The notes beneath the pieces are model-generated. The model was given only the letters and a program-made list of their open reading frames with translations, made no database searches and had not been told where the DNA came from. Below, in pieces: positions 11,166 through 25,087 of a DNA stretch of 64,000 bases (its first letter is position 1; each line of letters starts with the position of its first letter). The position numbers and the translations under genes are program-made. Source of the stretch: Escherichia coli (GTDB lineage Bacteria; Pseudomonadota; Gammaproteobacteria; Enterobacterales; Enterobacteriaceae); the NCBI RefSeq assembly GCF_003018255.1, contig NZ_CP027440.1; one strand, written 5' to 3'.

Positions 11166-12329
11166 ATGCTGAGACACAACGTTCCTGTGCGGCGGGATCT
11201 GGACCAGATCGCCGCTGACAACGGTTTCGACTTTCATATCATCGACAATGAAATCTATTGGGACGAGAGTCGAGCTTACCGTTTTACTCTGCGCCAGATT
11301 GAAGAGCAGATCGAAAAACCGACTGCGGAACTGCATCAGATGTGCCTTGAGGTGGTGGATCGCGCGGTTAAAGACGAAGAGATCCTGACGCAACTGGCGA
11401 TCCCGCCGTTGTACTGGGATGTGATCGCCGAAAGCTGGCGCGCACGCGATCCTTCGTTGTATGGCCGTATGGATTTTGCCTGGTGTGGTAATGCACCGGT
11501 TAAGTTGCTGGAGTACAACGCCGATACGCCAACTTCATTGTACGAGTCGGCTTATTTCCAGTGGTTGTGGCTGGAAGATGCCCGGCGCAGCGGCGTTATT
11601 CCGCGCGATGCCGATCAGTACAATGCCATTCAGGAGCGCCTGATTTCACGCTTTAGCGAGCTTTACAGTCGGGAACCGTTTTATTTTTGCTGCTGTCAGG
11701 ACACCGACGAAGACAGGAGTACCGTGCTGTACTTGCAGGACTGCGCCGAGCAGGCAGGGCAGGAGTCGCGGTTTATCTACATTGAAGATCTCGGTTTGGG
11801 CGTCGGCGGTGTGCTGACCGATCTTGATGATAATGTCATCCAGCGTGCATTTAAGCTGTATCCGCTGGAGTGGATGATGCGTGACGATAACGGTCCGCTG
11901 CTGCGCAAGCGTCGCGAGCAATGGGTGGAGCCGTTATGGAAAAGTATCTTGAGTAATAAAGGGCTAATGCCGCTGCTTTGGCGCTTCTTCCCTGGTCATC
12001 CTAACCTTCTTGCATCCTGGTTCGATGGTGAAAAACCGCAGATTGCCGCTGGCGAAAGCTATGTGCGTAAACCGATTTACTCGCGCGAAGGCGGAAACGT
12101 CACCATTTTCGACGGTCAGAATAACGTTGTTGACCACGCTGATGGTGATTACGCCGATGAACCGATGATCTACCAGGCGTTTCAACCTCTGCCGCGATTT
12201 GGCGATAGCTACACACTCATCGGTAGCTGGATTGTCGATGATGAAGCGTGCGGAATGGGGATCCGTGAAGATAACACGTTGATCACCAAAGACACCTCAC
12301 GTTTCGTTCCGCATTACATTGCTGGATAA
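11166..12329 (+). CDS. yjfC: Glutathionylspermidine synthase-like ATP-grasp protein YjfC
   Basis: ORF track 11151..12329; start at ATG 11166 (MLRHNVPVRRDLDQIAADNGF) gives 387 aa. Confidence 0.85.
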   Translation: MLRHNVPVRRDLDQIAADNGFDFHIIDNEIYWDESRAYRFTLRQIEEQIEKPTAELHQMCLEVVDRAVKDEEILTQLAIPPLYWDVIAESWRARDPSLYGRMDFAWCGNAPVKLLEYNADTPTSLYESAYFQWLWLEDARRSGVIPRDADQYNAIQERLISRFSELYSREPFYFCCCQDTDEDRSTVLYLQDCAEQAGQESRFIYIEDLGLGVGGVLTDLDDNVIQRAFKLYPLEWMMRDDNGPLLRKRREQWVEPLWKSILSNKGLMPLLWRFFPGHPNLLASWFDGEKPQIAAGESYVRKPIYSREGGNVTIFDGQNNVVDHADGDYADEPMIYQAFQPLPRFGDSYTLIGSWIVDDEACGMGIREDNTLITKDTSRFVPHYIAG

Positions 12330-12412
12330 GAATGTTTTAGCAATCTCTTTCTGTCATGAATCCATGGCAGTGACCATACTAATGGTGACTGCCATTGATG
12401 GAGGGAGACACA

Positions 12413-14038
12413 GTGCACTGGCAAACTCACACCGTTTTTAATCAACCTATACCATTAAATAACAGCAACTTATACCTGTCTGATGGCGCGCTCTGCGAAG
12501 CGGTAACGCGTGAAGGTGCTGGCTGGGATAGCGATTTTCTCGCCAGTATTGGTCAGCAGTTAGGGACGGCTGAATCCCTTGAACTGGGGCGGCTGGCGAA
12601 TGTGAATCCGCCTGAATTATTGCGCTACGATGCCCAGGGGCGGCGTCTGGACGATGTGCGTTTTCACCCCGCCTGGCACCTGCTGATGCAGGCGCTATGT
12701 ACCAATCGGGTGCACAATCTTGCCTGGGAAGAAGACGCTCGCTCCGGCGCATTTGTGGCGCGCGCGGCGCGTTTTATGTTGCACGCACAGGTTGAGGCAG
12801 GGTCGTTATGTCCGATAACGATGACCTTTGCCGCCACGCCATTGCTGTTACAGATGTTACCCGCGCCGTTTCAGGACTGGACCACGCCGCTGTTGAGCGA
12901 TCGCTACGATTCTCACTTATTGCCAGGTGGGCAAAAACGCGGTTTGTTGATTGGCATGGGAATGACGGAAAAACAGGGCGGTTCCGATGTCATGAGCAAC
13001 ACCACCCGCGCAGAGCGCATGGAAGATGGCTCTTATCGGCTGGTGGGGCATAAATGGTTTTTCTCGGTGCCGCAAAGCGATGCGCATCTGGTGCTGGCGC
13101 AGACTACGGGCGGTTTGTCCTGCTTTTTTGTGCCGCGCTTTTTGCCTGACGGGCAACGCAACGCGATTCGCCTCGAGCGGCTGAAAGATAAGCTGGGTAA
13201 TCGCTCTAACGCCAGCTGCGAAGTGGAGTTTCAGGATGCCATTGGCTGGTTGTTGGGGCAGGAAGGGGAAGGAATTCGTCTGATCCTGAAAATGGGTGGG
13301 ATGACGCGTTTTGATTGCGCCCTGGGTAGCCATGCCATGATGCGCCGTGCATTTTCGCTAGCGATTTATCATGCACATCAACGCCATGTTTTTGGTAATC
13401 CATTGATCCAACAGCCCCTTATGCGTCATGTCTTAAGTCGCATGGCACTTCAGCTTGAAGGGCAAACGGCGTTGCTGTTTCGTCTTGCTCGAGCGTGGGA
13501 CCGGCGTGCCGATGCCAAAGAAGCCCTGTGGGCGCGTTTATTTACGCCTGCGGCGAAATTTGTGATCTGCAAACGAGGTATGCCGTTTGTGGCCGAAGCG
13601 ATGGAGGTGCTGGGCGGCATTGGTTATTGCGAGGAGAGCGAGCTGCCGCGGCTTTACCGGGAGATGCCGGTAAACAGTATTTGGGAAGGTTCCGGTAATA
13701 TTATGTGCCTGGATGTACTGCGCGTGCTCAATAAGCAAGCGGGTGTATACGACTTATTGTCGGAAGCATTTGTGGAAGTGAAAGGGCAGGATCGCTATTT
13801 TGATCGCGCGGTTCGTCGTTTACAGCAGCAGCTGCGTAAGCCAGCTGAAGAACTGGGGCGAGAGATTACTCATCAGCTATTCCTGCTGGGCTGCGGTGCG
13901 CAAATGTTGAAATATGCCTCTCCGCCAATGGCGCAGGCGTGGTGTCAGGTGATGTTAGATACGCGCGGCGGCGTACGGTTGTCAGAGCAGATCCAGAATG
14001 ATTTATTGCTGCGGGCGACGGGAGGAGTGTGTTTGTAA
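12413..14038 (+). CDS. aidB: Adaptive-response protein AidB (acyl-CoA dehydrogenase family)
   Basis: ORF track 12395..14038; GTG at 12413 after ggagggaga RBS gives 541 aa (alternative ATG at 12398); acyl-CoA dehydrogenase fold. Confidence 0.9.
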   Translation: MHWQTHTVFNQPIPLNNSNLYLSDGALCEAVTREGAGWDSDFLASIGQQLGTAESLELGRLANVNPPELLRYDAQGRRLDDVRFHPAWHLLMQALCTNRVHNLAWEEDARSGAFVARAARFMLHAQVEAGSLCPITMTFAATPLLLQMLPAPFQDWTTPLLSDRYDSHLLPGGQKRGLLIGMGMTEKQGGSDVMSNTTRAERMEDGSYRLVGHKWFFSVPQSDAHLVLAQTTGGLSCFFVPRFLPDGQRNAIRLERLKDKLGNRSNASCEVEFQDAIGWLLGQEGEGIRLILKMGGMTRFDCALGSHAMMRRAFSLAIYHAHQRHVFGNPLIQQPLMRHVLSRMALQLEGQTALLFRLARAWDRRADAKEALWARLFTPAAKFVICKRGMPFVAEAMEVLGGIGYCEESELPRLYREMPVNSIWEGSGNIMCLDVLRVLNKQAGVYDLLSEAFVEVKGQDRYFDRAVRRLQQQLRKPAEELGREITHQLFLLGCGAQMLKYASPPMAQAWCQVMLDTRGGVRLSEQIQNDLLLRATGGVCL

Positions 14039-14087
14039 GCGTATACGACGCTGGTTTCGATTAACTCAATGAAATATGTGAAAATTG

Positions 14088-14125
14088 TTAGCCGGACAAG
14101 GCGCTCGCGCCGCATCCGGCATTGT
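14088..14125. repeat. REP (repetitive extragenic palindromic) element
   Basis: gccggacaaggcgctcgcgccgcatccggc motif downstream of aidB. Confidence 0.75.
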
Positions 14126-14145
14126 TCATTTGCTGTAGATGACAC

Positions 14146-14421
14146 TCACGCATACAGGATCGCCTGTACGCGCCAGTTATCAGGCTGCTGGTCTTCGTAC
14201 ATGGTAATAATGCGGTACCATGACGCACCTTGTTCATCAGCCTTTAACGCCACGATACGTTCCACGTCCTGCGGATCCCCTGAAATATTGCTAACTGAGA
14301 TCTGACCTATTTCATTCAGGCCTGTCACGCAGTCAGCACTGGCGAATTCTGCAGACTGTGCCGTGGCGCTCGCAGGATAAGTCACTAATTGCAGCGAGGA
14401 TGAGGCAAGGAATTGTTTCAT
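14146..14421 (-). CDS. yjfN: DUF1471 (YhcN-family) periplasmic protein YjfN
   Basis: ORF track 14146..14448; start moved to the Met of MKQFLASSSLQLVTYPASATA (signal peptide), 91 aa. Confidence 0.8.
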   Translation of the reverse strand: MKQFLASSSLQLVTYPASATAQSAEFASADCVTGLNEIGQISVSNISGDPQDVERIVALKADEQGASWYRIITMYEDQQPDNWRVQAILYA

Positions 14422-14569
14422 CGTCAGCTCCATTTTTCGTTTCCCCACATGTTGCAGGGCATTCCATCGCGGTAATAAACGCCCAGGCTTCCAGCCGGTA
14501 ATTTATTGTGCACAGGTAAACGCATAGGGACGCAAAGCAATGTAAAGCTGACTATGTAAGTTGTCTGAT

Positions 14570-14899
14570 TTATTTACGGTACAAAATGGCTTGTGAATAC
14601 CACTGTCCTGTGACGATGGTTTCGTCCACCATGACGACAACGTAATAATCAGCTTTTGCAGCGACAGCTTTCGCTCTGATTTCTGCTAATGCGTCATCCG
14701 GAGAACCCCGAACCATCGTGCTTACGCTACCTATTCGCTGTAACCCTTGCGTCTGGTCGCGGCGAATCTCTTGCGGATGGTCGGTTACTGGCGGTGCTGG
14801 CTGTGGCGTACCTTGTAGTGCGCTACAGGCACTTAACATCAACACCAATAATAAACTGGCAAACCGGTAAATAACGCTATTACGTTTCCTGCTAACCAT
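14570..14899 (-). CDS. bsmA: Biofilm stress and motility lipoprotein BsmA (YjfO)
   Basis: ORF track 14570..14998; start moved to MVSRKRNSVIYRFASLLLVLMLSAC (lipobox LSAC), 109 aa. Confidence 0.85.
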   Translation of the reverse strand: MVSRKRNSVIYRFASLLLVLMLSACSALQGTPQPAPPVTDHPQEIRRDQTQGLQRIGSVSTMVRGSPDDALAEIRAKAVAAKADYYVVVMVDETIVTGQWYSQAILYRK

Positions 14900-15080
14900 A
14901 GTGTAGTGCCTTATTAATTTAACTTTGGGGGAATGTTCCCGAATTGTTACCTGGTACGCGATTTTCGAATGAAAACGTGATGAAAGCGTAACCCACATCT
15001 CAACATTATGAACTAATACCGCCAGCAGAAACTTGTGCTAAGGATTTCTTCATGTCATACCAGACAAAAAGGAGAGACAG

Positions 15081-15830
15081 ATGATTGAAATAGAATCACG
15101 CGAGCTGGCAGATATTCCCGTTCTTCATGCTTATCCTGTCGGGCAAAAAGATACCCCGTTACCGTGCGCGATTTTTTATCACGGCTTTACTTCGTCCAGT
15201 CTGGTGTATAGCTATTTTGCCGTTGCGCTGGCGCAGGCTGGTTTGCGGGTGATCATGCCGGATGCGCCCGATCACGGTAGTCGTTTTAGTGGCGACGCAG
15301 CGCGGCGGTTAAATCAATTCTGGCAAATCTTGCTACAAAGTATGCAGGAATTCACTACTTTACGTGCGGCAATAGCCGAAGAAAACTGGCTGCGTGATGA
15401 CCGTCTGGCAGTCGGTGGCGCGTCGATGGGCGCGATGACGGCACTGGGAATTACCGCTCGCCACTCCACGGTGAAATGTACCGCCAGCATGATGGGATCG
15501 GGCTATTTTACATCGCTCGCCCGTTCACTGTTTCCACCGCTGATACCTGAAACGGCAGCACAGCAGAATGAATTCAATAACATTGTCGCGCCGCTGGCAG
15601 AGTGGGAAGCGACAAACCACCTGGAACAACTTGCTGACAGACCTCTACTGCTGTGGCATGGCCTTGACGATGACGTCGTGCCTGCCGACGAATCACTACG
15701 TTTGCAGCAGGCCTTAAGCGAGACGGGACGGGATAAACTGCTAACCTGTTCATGGCAGCCAGGCGTGCGTCACCGCATTACGCCTGAGGCGTTAGATGCT
15801 GCCGTGACATTTTTCCGCCAGCATCTTTAA
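15081..15830 (+). CDS. yjfP: Alpha/beta-hydrolase esterase YjfP
   Basis: 249 aa; GxSxG-type nucleophile motif (GGASMGA); conserved position. Confidence 0.88.
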
Positions 15831-16582
15831 ACACGCAGAATGCTGACCCCTTGCGCTTCCAGTTGTTGCAGGATTTCCGGGTTAGCATTTTTGCCGGTGA
15901 TCAGCATATCGATTTGATCGGCACGGCTAAAAAGCATTCCCGCGCGTTCGCCGATCTTACTGCTATCAACCAGTACCACCAGTTTCCCTACCACGCTTAG
16001 CATCTTCTGCTCTGCCATTGCCGTCAGCATATCGGTTTTATACAACCCTTCTGCTGTCAGCCCTTTGCCGCTGGTAAACATCCAGTGCCCGGCATAGAGA
16101 CTGTTTTCGCTGCCTTGCGGGCTTAAAGTGATGGACTGACTTTTGTTGTACTGTCCGCCCATAATGATCACGCTGTCATGCTCCTGATCGATCAGGTAAT
16201 TTGCCAGCGGTAGATAATTAGTGATGATTTGCACTGGCTTGCCACACATTTCCCGCCCAAGCAGAAACGCGGTGGAGCCGCAGTTGATGACTACGCTTTC
16301 GCCCGGATTAACCAGCTGCGAGGCCGCTTTAGCAATACGTACTTTTTCATCGTGATTCTGCGCCTGATGCAGATTCATCGGCGTCCAGCGTGGGCGCTGC
16401 TGGGTAATAGCTTCTGCGCCATTGCGCACTTTTTTCAGTTTGCCGCTTTCGTCAAGTTTATTGATATCGCGTCGCGCAGTGGCAGGCGAAATTCCCAGAC
16501 GCTCAACGACTTTCTCAACGGTCACAAAGCCCAATTGTGCGAGCATTTCCAGGAGGATTTGATGTCTTTGTGCTTCAGTCAT
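15827..16582 (-). CDS. ulaR: DeoR-family repressor of the ula (L-ascorbate) regulon
   Basis: 251 aa; N-terminal DeoR HTH; convergent 4-bp overlap with yjfP. Confidence 0.93.
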
Positions 16583-16689
16583 GAGCTATTCCGATAAAAT
16601 TTGATTTTTTTAGATGATATTTGAAATAGCCAGGAAATACTACGCCGGATAGCGCGAACTACTCCACGCTATCCGGTACAAGCGACAGA

Positions 16690-17754
16690 TTACAGGAACG
16701 ACTTGAACGGCAGATCCGGTTCAATAGTGAAGCAATCATCGAAACCACGCGGATAGTGGTACTCGAAGTTGTCTTTATCCAGCGGCCAGGTAAATTTGCC
16801 GCCGACCTGCCAGATAAACGGCTTGAAGCCATACTTCAGGCGATCTTTTTTCATCTCCCACAGCACGCGGATCTCTTGCGGATCGGCCTGGAAGTTTGAC
16901 CAGATATCGTGGTGGAACGGGATCACTACTTTAGCATTCAGCGCTTCGCCCATACGCAAGATATCAGCACTGGTCATTTTGTCGGTAATACCGCGTGGGT
17001 TTTCGCCGTATGAACCTAAAGCCACGTCGATCTGATGCTCGTTGCCATGTTTTGCATAGTAGTTAGAGTAGTGGGAATCGCCGCTGTGATACAGAGAACC
17101 GCCCGGTGTTTTGAACAGATAGTTTACTGCGCGATCGTCCATGCCGTCTGGCAGCACGCCAGCCGCTTTTTGATCCGCTGGTAGGGTGATCAGTGCAGTA
17201 CGGTCGAACGCGTCAAGGGCATGAATTTCAATGTCTTTCACTTTTACGACATCGCCCGGTTTGACCACGATGCAACGCTCTTTCGGTACGCCCCAGCCAA
17301 TCCATAAATCCACGCAGGTTTTCGGTCCGATAAACGGTACGTCATCAGCACAGTTCTGCATCACGGCAGCAGCGACGTTGACGTCGATATGATCGTTGTG
17401 ATCGTGAGTTGCCAGTACCGCGTCGATCTGGCGAATCGCAAACGGATCAAGAACAAACGGGGTGGTGCGCAGGTTTGGCTGCAGTTTTTTCACGCCAGCC
17501 ATGCGCTGCATCTGGTGACCCTGTTTCATCAGCGGGTTACCGTGACTTTGTTTGCCAGTACCGCACCAGAAATCAACGCAAACGTTGGTGCCACCTTCCG
17601 ATTTCAGCCAGATCCCGGTGCAGCCTAGCCACCACATCGCGAATGTGCCAGGGGCGACCTGCTCTTGTTCAATTTCTTCATTCAGCCAGCTACCCCACTC
17701 CGGGAAAGTGCTCAGGATCCAGGATTCTCGGGTGATACTTTTCACTTTACTCAT
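16690..17754 (-). CDS. ulaG: L-ascorbate-6-phosphate lactonase UlaG (metallo-beta-lactamase fold)
   Basis: ORF track 16690..17760; start at [17 protein letters not shown], 354 aa; HxHxDH motif ([10 protein letters not shown]). Confidence 0.93.
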   Translation of the reverse strand: MSKVKSITRESWILSTFPEWGSWLNEEIEQEQVAPGTFAMWWLGCTGIWLKSEGGTNVCVDFWCGTGKQSHGNPLMKQGHQMQRMAGVKKLQPNLRTTPFVLDPFAIRQIDAVLATHDHNDHIDVNVAAAVMQNCADDVPFIGPKTCVDLWIGWGVPKERCIVVKPGDVVKVKDIEIHALDAFDRTALITLPADQKAAGVLPDGMDDRAVNYLFKTPGGSLYHSGDSHYSNYYAKHGNEHQIDVALGSYGENPRGITDKMTSADILRMGEALNAKVVIPFHHDIWSNFQADPQEIRVLWEMKKDRLKYGFKPFIWQVGGKFTWPLDKDNFEYHYPRGFDDCFTIEPDLPFKSFL

Positions 17755-19506
<1,752 letters not shown>

Positions 19507-19521
19507 TAAGGAGTTTTGATT

Positions 19522-19827
19522 ATGACCGTACGTATTCTGGCTGTGTGTGGCAACGGACAAGGCAGTTCCATGATCATGAAAATGAAAGTGGACCAGTTTT
19601 TAACCCAGTCGAACATTGACCACACGGTAAACAGCTGCGCGGTTGGCGAATACAAAAGCGAGTTGAGCGGCGCGGATATCATCATCGCTTCTACCCATAT
19701 TGCGGGCGAAATCACTGTGACCGGCAACAAATATGTGGTTGGCGTGCGCAATATGCTCTCTCCTGCCGACTTTGGCCCGAAATTGCTGGAAGTGATCAAA
19801 GAGCATTTTCCGCAGGACGTGAAGTAA
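19522..19827 (+). CDS. ulaB: PTS ascorbate-specific EIIB component
   Basis: ORF track 19516..19827; start at [16 protein letters not shown] (phospho-Cys motif), 101 aa. Confidence 0.92.
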
Positions 19828-19836
19828 GGACGCGCC

Positions 19837-20301
19837 ATGAAATTACGTGATTCGCTGGCGGAGAATAAATCCATCCGCCTGCAGGCTGAAGCTGAGACAT
19901 GGCAGGACGCAGTAAAAATCGGCGTTGACCTGCTGGTGGCGGCGGATGTTGTCGAGCCGCGTTACTACCAGGCGATTCTGGATGCGGTTGAACAGCACGG
20001 TCCGTACTTTGTGCTCGCACCCGGCCTGGCAATGCCGCACGGTCGCCCGGAAGAGGGCGTTAAGAAAACCGGTTTTGCGCTGGTGACGCTGAAAAAGCCG
20101 CTGGAGTTCAACCACGAAGATAACGATCCGGTGGATATCCTCATCACCATGGCGGCGGTCGATGCCAACACTCACCAGGAAGTGGGCATCATGCAGATCG
20201 TCAATCTGTTTGAAGATGAAGAGAATTTCGACCGTTTACGTGCCTGCCGTACCGAGCAGGAAGTACTGGATCTCATTGACCGCACCAACGCGGCAGCTTA
20301 A
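19837..20301 (+). CDS. ulaC: PTS ascorbate-specific EIIA component
   Basis: 154 aa [29 protein letters not shown]. Confidence 0.92.
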   Translation: MKLRDSLAENKSIRLQAEAETWQDAVKIGVDLLVAADVVEPRYYQAILDAVEQHGPYFVLAPGLAMPHGRPEEGVKKTGFALVTLKKPLEFNHEDNDPVDILITMAAVDANTHQEVGIMQIVNLFEDEENFDRLRACRTEQEVLDLIDRTNAAA

Positions 20302-20314
20302 GAAGGAATTGAAA

Positions 20315-20965
20315 ATGTCATTACCGATGTTGCAGGTCGCGCTGGACAACCAGACTATGGATAGCGCCTATGAAACCACTCGCCTGATTGCCGAAGAAGT
20401 CGACATTATCGAAGTGGGTACCATTCTGTGCGTGGGCGAAGGCGTGCGTGCGGTTCGCGATCTGAAAGCGCTTTACCCGCACAAAATCGTACTGGCAGAC
20501 GCCAAAATTGCCGATGCGGGCAAAATCCTTTCTCGTATGTGCTTCGAAGCTAACGCTGACTGGGTGACCGTGATTTGCTGTGCGGATATCAACACAGCTA
20601 AAGGTGCGCTGGACGTGGCAAAAGAGTTTAACGGCGACGTGCAGATCGAACTGACCGGTTACTGGACCTGGGAACAGGCGCAACAGTGGCGCGACGCAGG
20701 CATTGGGCAGGTGGTTTATCACCGCAGCCGTGACGCACAGGCCGCAGGTGTGGCGTGGGGCGAAGCGGACATTACCGCGATCAAACGTCTTTCCGATATG
20801 GGCTTCAAAGTCACCGTCACCGGTGGTCTGGCGCTGGAAGATCTGCCGTTGTTTAAAGGCATTCCGATTCATGTGTTTATCGCTGGTCGCAGCATTCGTG
20901 ATGCCGCTTCTCCGGTGGAGGCCGCACGTCAGTTCAAACGTTCCATCGCTGAACTGTGGGGCTAA
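20315..20965 (+). CDS. ulaD: 3-keto-L-gulonate-6-phosphate decarboxylase
   Basis: ORF track 20162..20965; start at ATG 20315 ([20 protein letters not shown]) after aaggaa RBS, 216 aa. Confidence 0.92.
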   Translation: MSLPMLQVALDNQTMDSAYETTRLIAEEVDIIEVGTILCVGEGVRAVRDLKALYPHKIVLADAKIADAGKILSRMCFEANADWVTVICCADINTAKGALDVAKEFNGDVQIELTGYWTWEQAQQWRDAGIGQVVYHRSRDAQAAGVAWGEADITAIKRLSDMGFKVTVTGGLALEDLPLFKGIPIHVFIAGRSIRDAASPVEAARQFKRSIAELWG

Positions 20966-20974
20966 GGAGCGGAT

Positions 20975-21829
20975 ATGTTGTCCAAACAAATCCCGCTTGG
21001 CATCTATGAAAAAGCGCTCCCCGCCGGGGAGTGCTGGCTGGAACGGCTGCAACTGGCAAAAACGTTAGGCTTCGATTTTGTCGAGATTTCGGTAGATGAA
21101 ACGGACGATCGCCTGTCGCGCCTCGACTGGAGCCGCGAGCAGCGTCTGGCGCTGGTGAACGCGATTGTTGAAACCGGCGTGCGCGTGCCGTCCATGTGCC
21201 TTTCTGCTCATCGTCGTTTCCCGCTGGGCAGCGAAGATGACGCAGTGCGGGCGCAGGGGCTGGAGATTATGCGCAAAGCTATCCAGTTCGCCCAGGATGT
21301 CGGTATTCGCGTGATCCAACTGGCGGGCTACGACGTTTACTATCAGGAAGCCAATAACGAAACGCGTCGTCGTTTCCGTGACGGCCTGAAAGAGAGCGTT
21401 GAGATGGCAAGCCGCGCGCAGGTGACGCTGGCGATGGAGATCATGGATTACCCGTTGATGAACTCCATCAGCAAGGCGCTGGGTTACGCGCACTATCTTA
21501 ACAACCCGTGGTTCCAGCTCTACCCGGATATCGGCAACTTGTCGGCGTGGGACAACGACGTGCAGATGGAGTTGCAGGCCGGGATCGGGCATATCGTCGC
21601 GGTGCATGTGAAAGACACCAAACCAGGCGTCTTCAAAAACGTCCCGTTTGGCGAAGGTGTAGTGGATTTCGAACGTTGCTTCGAAACGCTCAAACAGAGT
21701 GGTTATTGCGGGCCGTACCTGATTGAGATGTGGAGCGAAACGGCGGAAGACCCGGCGGCAGAAGTGGCGAAAGCGCGTGATTGGGTGAAAGCGCGCATGG
21801 CCAAAGCCGGCATGGTGGAGGCGGCATAA
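20975..21829 (+). CDS. ulaE: L-ribulose-5-phosphate 3-epimerase (xylose-isomerase-like TIM barrel)
   Basis: 284 aa [32 protein letters not shown]. Confidence 0.92.
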   Translation: MLSKQIPLGIYEKALPAGECWLERLQLAKTLGFDFVEISVDETDDRLSRLDWSREQRLALVNAIVETGVRVPSMCLSAHRRFPLGSEDDAVRAQGLEIMRKAIQFAQDVGIRVIQLAGYDVYYQEANNETRRRFRDGLKESVEMASRAQVTLAMEIMDYPLMNSISKALGYAHYLNNPWFQLYPDIGNLSAWDNDVQMELQAGIGHIVAVHVKDTKPGVFKNVPFGEGVVDFERCFETLKQSGYCGPYLIEMWSETAEDPAAEVAKARDWVKARMAKAGMVEAA

Positions 21830-22515
21830 TGCAAAAGCTAAAACAGCAGGTATTTGAAGCCAATATGGATCTGCCGCGCTACGGGCTGGTGACCTTTACC
21901 TGGGGCAACGTCAGCGCCATTGACCGCGAACGCGGGCTGGTGGTGATCAAGCCCAGCGGCGTTGCCTACGAAACCATGAAAGCAGACGATATGGTGGTGG
22001 TTGATATGAGCGGCAAGGTGGTGGAAGGGGAGTATCGTCCGTCTTCCGACACCGCGACGCATCTTGAACTCTACCGCCGTTATCCGTCGCTTGGCGGCAT
22101 TGTCCATACCCATTCCACGCATGCCACCGCATGGGCGCAGGCGGGGCTGGCTATCCCGGCATTAGGCACCACGCACGCTGACTACTTCTTTGGCGATATC
22201 CCCTGTACGCGCGGGTTAAGCGAAGAAGAAGTGCAGGGGGAATACGAGCTAAACACTGGCAAAGTGATTATCGAAACGCTGGGTGACGCCGAGCCGCTGC
22301 ATACGCCGGGAATTGTGGTGTATCAGCACGGGCCATTCGCCTGGGGGAAAGATGCTCACGATGCGGTGCATAACGCGGTGGTGATGGAAGAAGTGGCGAA
22401 AATGGCGTGGATTGCCCGCGGCATTAACCCGCAACTGAATCACATCGACAGCTATCTCATGAATAAACACTTCATGCGTAAGCACGGTCCCAACGCCTAT
22501 TACGGGCAGAAGTAA
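21829..22515 (+). CDS. ulaF: L-ribulose-5-phosphate 4-epimerase
   Basis: ORF track 21781..22515; start at ATG 21829 ([23 protein letters not shown]), 228 aa class II aldolase fold; start overlaps ulaE stop. Confidence 0.92.
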   Translation: MQKLKQQVFEANMDLPRYGLVTFTWGNVSAIDRERGLVVIKPSGVAYETMKADDMVVVDMSGKVVEGEYRPSSDTATHLELYRRYPSLGGIVHTHSTHATAWAQAGLAIPALGTTHADYFFGDIPCTRGLSEEEVQGEYELNTGKVIIETLGDAEPLHTPGIVVYQHGPFAWGKDAHDAVHNAVVMEEVAKMAWIARGINPQLNHIDSYLMNKHFMRKHGPNAYYGQK

Positions 22516-22522
22516 AACACGC

Positions 22523-22577
22523 GCTGCGGAGATTTCCTTCTTCGGGAGATAACTGGTCTAAGTCCGCAGCCGTTTTT
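22523..22577 (+). terminator. Putative terminator after ulaF
   Basis: Inverted repeat gctgcgga...tccgcagc followed by cgttttt. Confidence 0.45.
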
Positions 22578-22578
22578 C

Positions 22579-22603
22579 AAAAAAAGCCCCCTGAAAAGGG
22601 GGC
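22579..22603 (-). terminator. Putative terminator of yjfY
   Basis: gccccct/agggggc hairpin with a T-run on the minus strand (A7 on plus strand). Confidence 0.55.
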
Positions 22604-22643
22604 AAAGCAAACTATGGCAATGTTTCGTTGGTTATACCTGGTG

Positions 22644-22919
22644 CTAGCGATAAATATCCGCGCTGGCGTGCATATTGCCGTTACTCCCCGGTTCCCGCAT
22701 CAGAATCACGTGGTAGTACGTTGCGCCCTGCGCATCTGTCTCTTCATTTAATGCCTGACGCGCTTCGCTTTCAGTGGCGAAATTATGATTGATATAAATC
22801 ACGCCTAAGCTTTGCACATCGTCCATATTTCTGGCCTGGTGGTTATTAATTTCAATGGCTGCCCATGTATTTGCACTTAGCAAAAGCACAGCCAGAAGGG
22901 CTAAAACACGGCTGAACAT
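22644..22919 (-). CDS. yjfY: DUF1471 (YhcN-family) secreted protein YjfY
   Basis: 91 aa with signal peptide MFSRVLALLAVLLLSANTWA. Confidence 0.85.
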   Translation of the reverse strand: MFSRVLALLAVLLLSANTWAAIEINNHQARNMDDVQSLGVIYINHNFATESEARQALNEETDAQGATYYHVILMREPGSNGNMHASADIYR

Positions 22920-23228
22920 AGATACCTCCTCGACGGCTGACTTTGTGTGCTCTCCTCTTGTGGTGATCTTCTGATTTAATTTTAATCAATGATAAAGAAG
23001 TGGATGGTGACCATTTCTGATGCAGTTGTTCAAAAAAACACCATGATGAAGTGTGATGAACTTCAAATCAGCGTGTTAGTACGATTTGGTGAAGGATGAG
23101 ATTTATTTGTCGGCTGGCCTTGAGTTTAGCGGGGTATGTCAGTACTATAACGCGTCATTTTTCAGCCGACCTTTAACACGTTCCTTGCCTCCCCGGGATT
23201 CGGCTGACCCAGACAGGAGGCTGAATAA

Positions 23229-23642
<414 letters not shown>

Positions 23643-23648
23643 TTTCTG

Positions 23649-24195
<547 letters not shown>

Positions 24196-24224
24196 TCGGT
24201 CACGGTCCATTAATACGACTTTGA

Positions 24225-24686
<462 letters not shown>

Positions 24687-24710
24687 TTCGTTATTCAACG
24701 AGACGTAAAA

Positions 24711-24740
24711 ACGCCGACCAGTGGTCGGCGTTTTGCTTTT
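24711..24740 (+). terminator. Rho-independent terminator of the rpsF-priB-rpsR-rplI operon
   Basis: acgccgaccagtggtcggcgt hairpin followed by tttgctttt. Confidence 0.85.
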
Positions 24741-25046
24741 AAGTGATAAAAACCGCAGAAACAGACGTTCCCTCCATAAATCTCTTGCTATTCCTTTTAT
24801 AAAAAGTTCGCAGTACCCATACCTGGCCCCCAGCCTCGCCGCTGGTAGTTCGTGTCATGTTTTTTACGCGTAAAACACGACAAAAGCATCAATACAGCGA
24901 TCGTCTCACTTGTATGATAATAAAAACAATATGTTATATATGAATGTGCTGTTATTTTATTGTTTTTATATATAAAAAGATAAAATACCATCACTTTCGT
25001 AATCTTGAACGCTTTGCAGGTGCGTTCAATCCAATAAATGCTAATA

Positions 25047-25067
25047 TTATGGCTATCATAGCCATAA
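25047..25067. promoter_or_regulatory. Perfect 21-bp palindrome, candidate operator of the HTH/HipA-like module
   Basis: TTATGGCTAT-C-ATAGCCATAA (10-bp arms, 1-bp centre) ending 21 bp upstream of the HTH gene start codon. Confidence 0.45.
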
Positions 25068-25087
25068 AAAGATAAAATATTATCACT

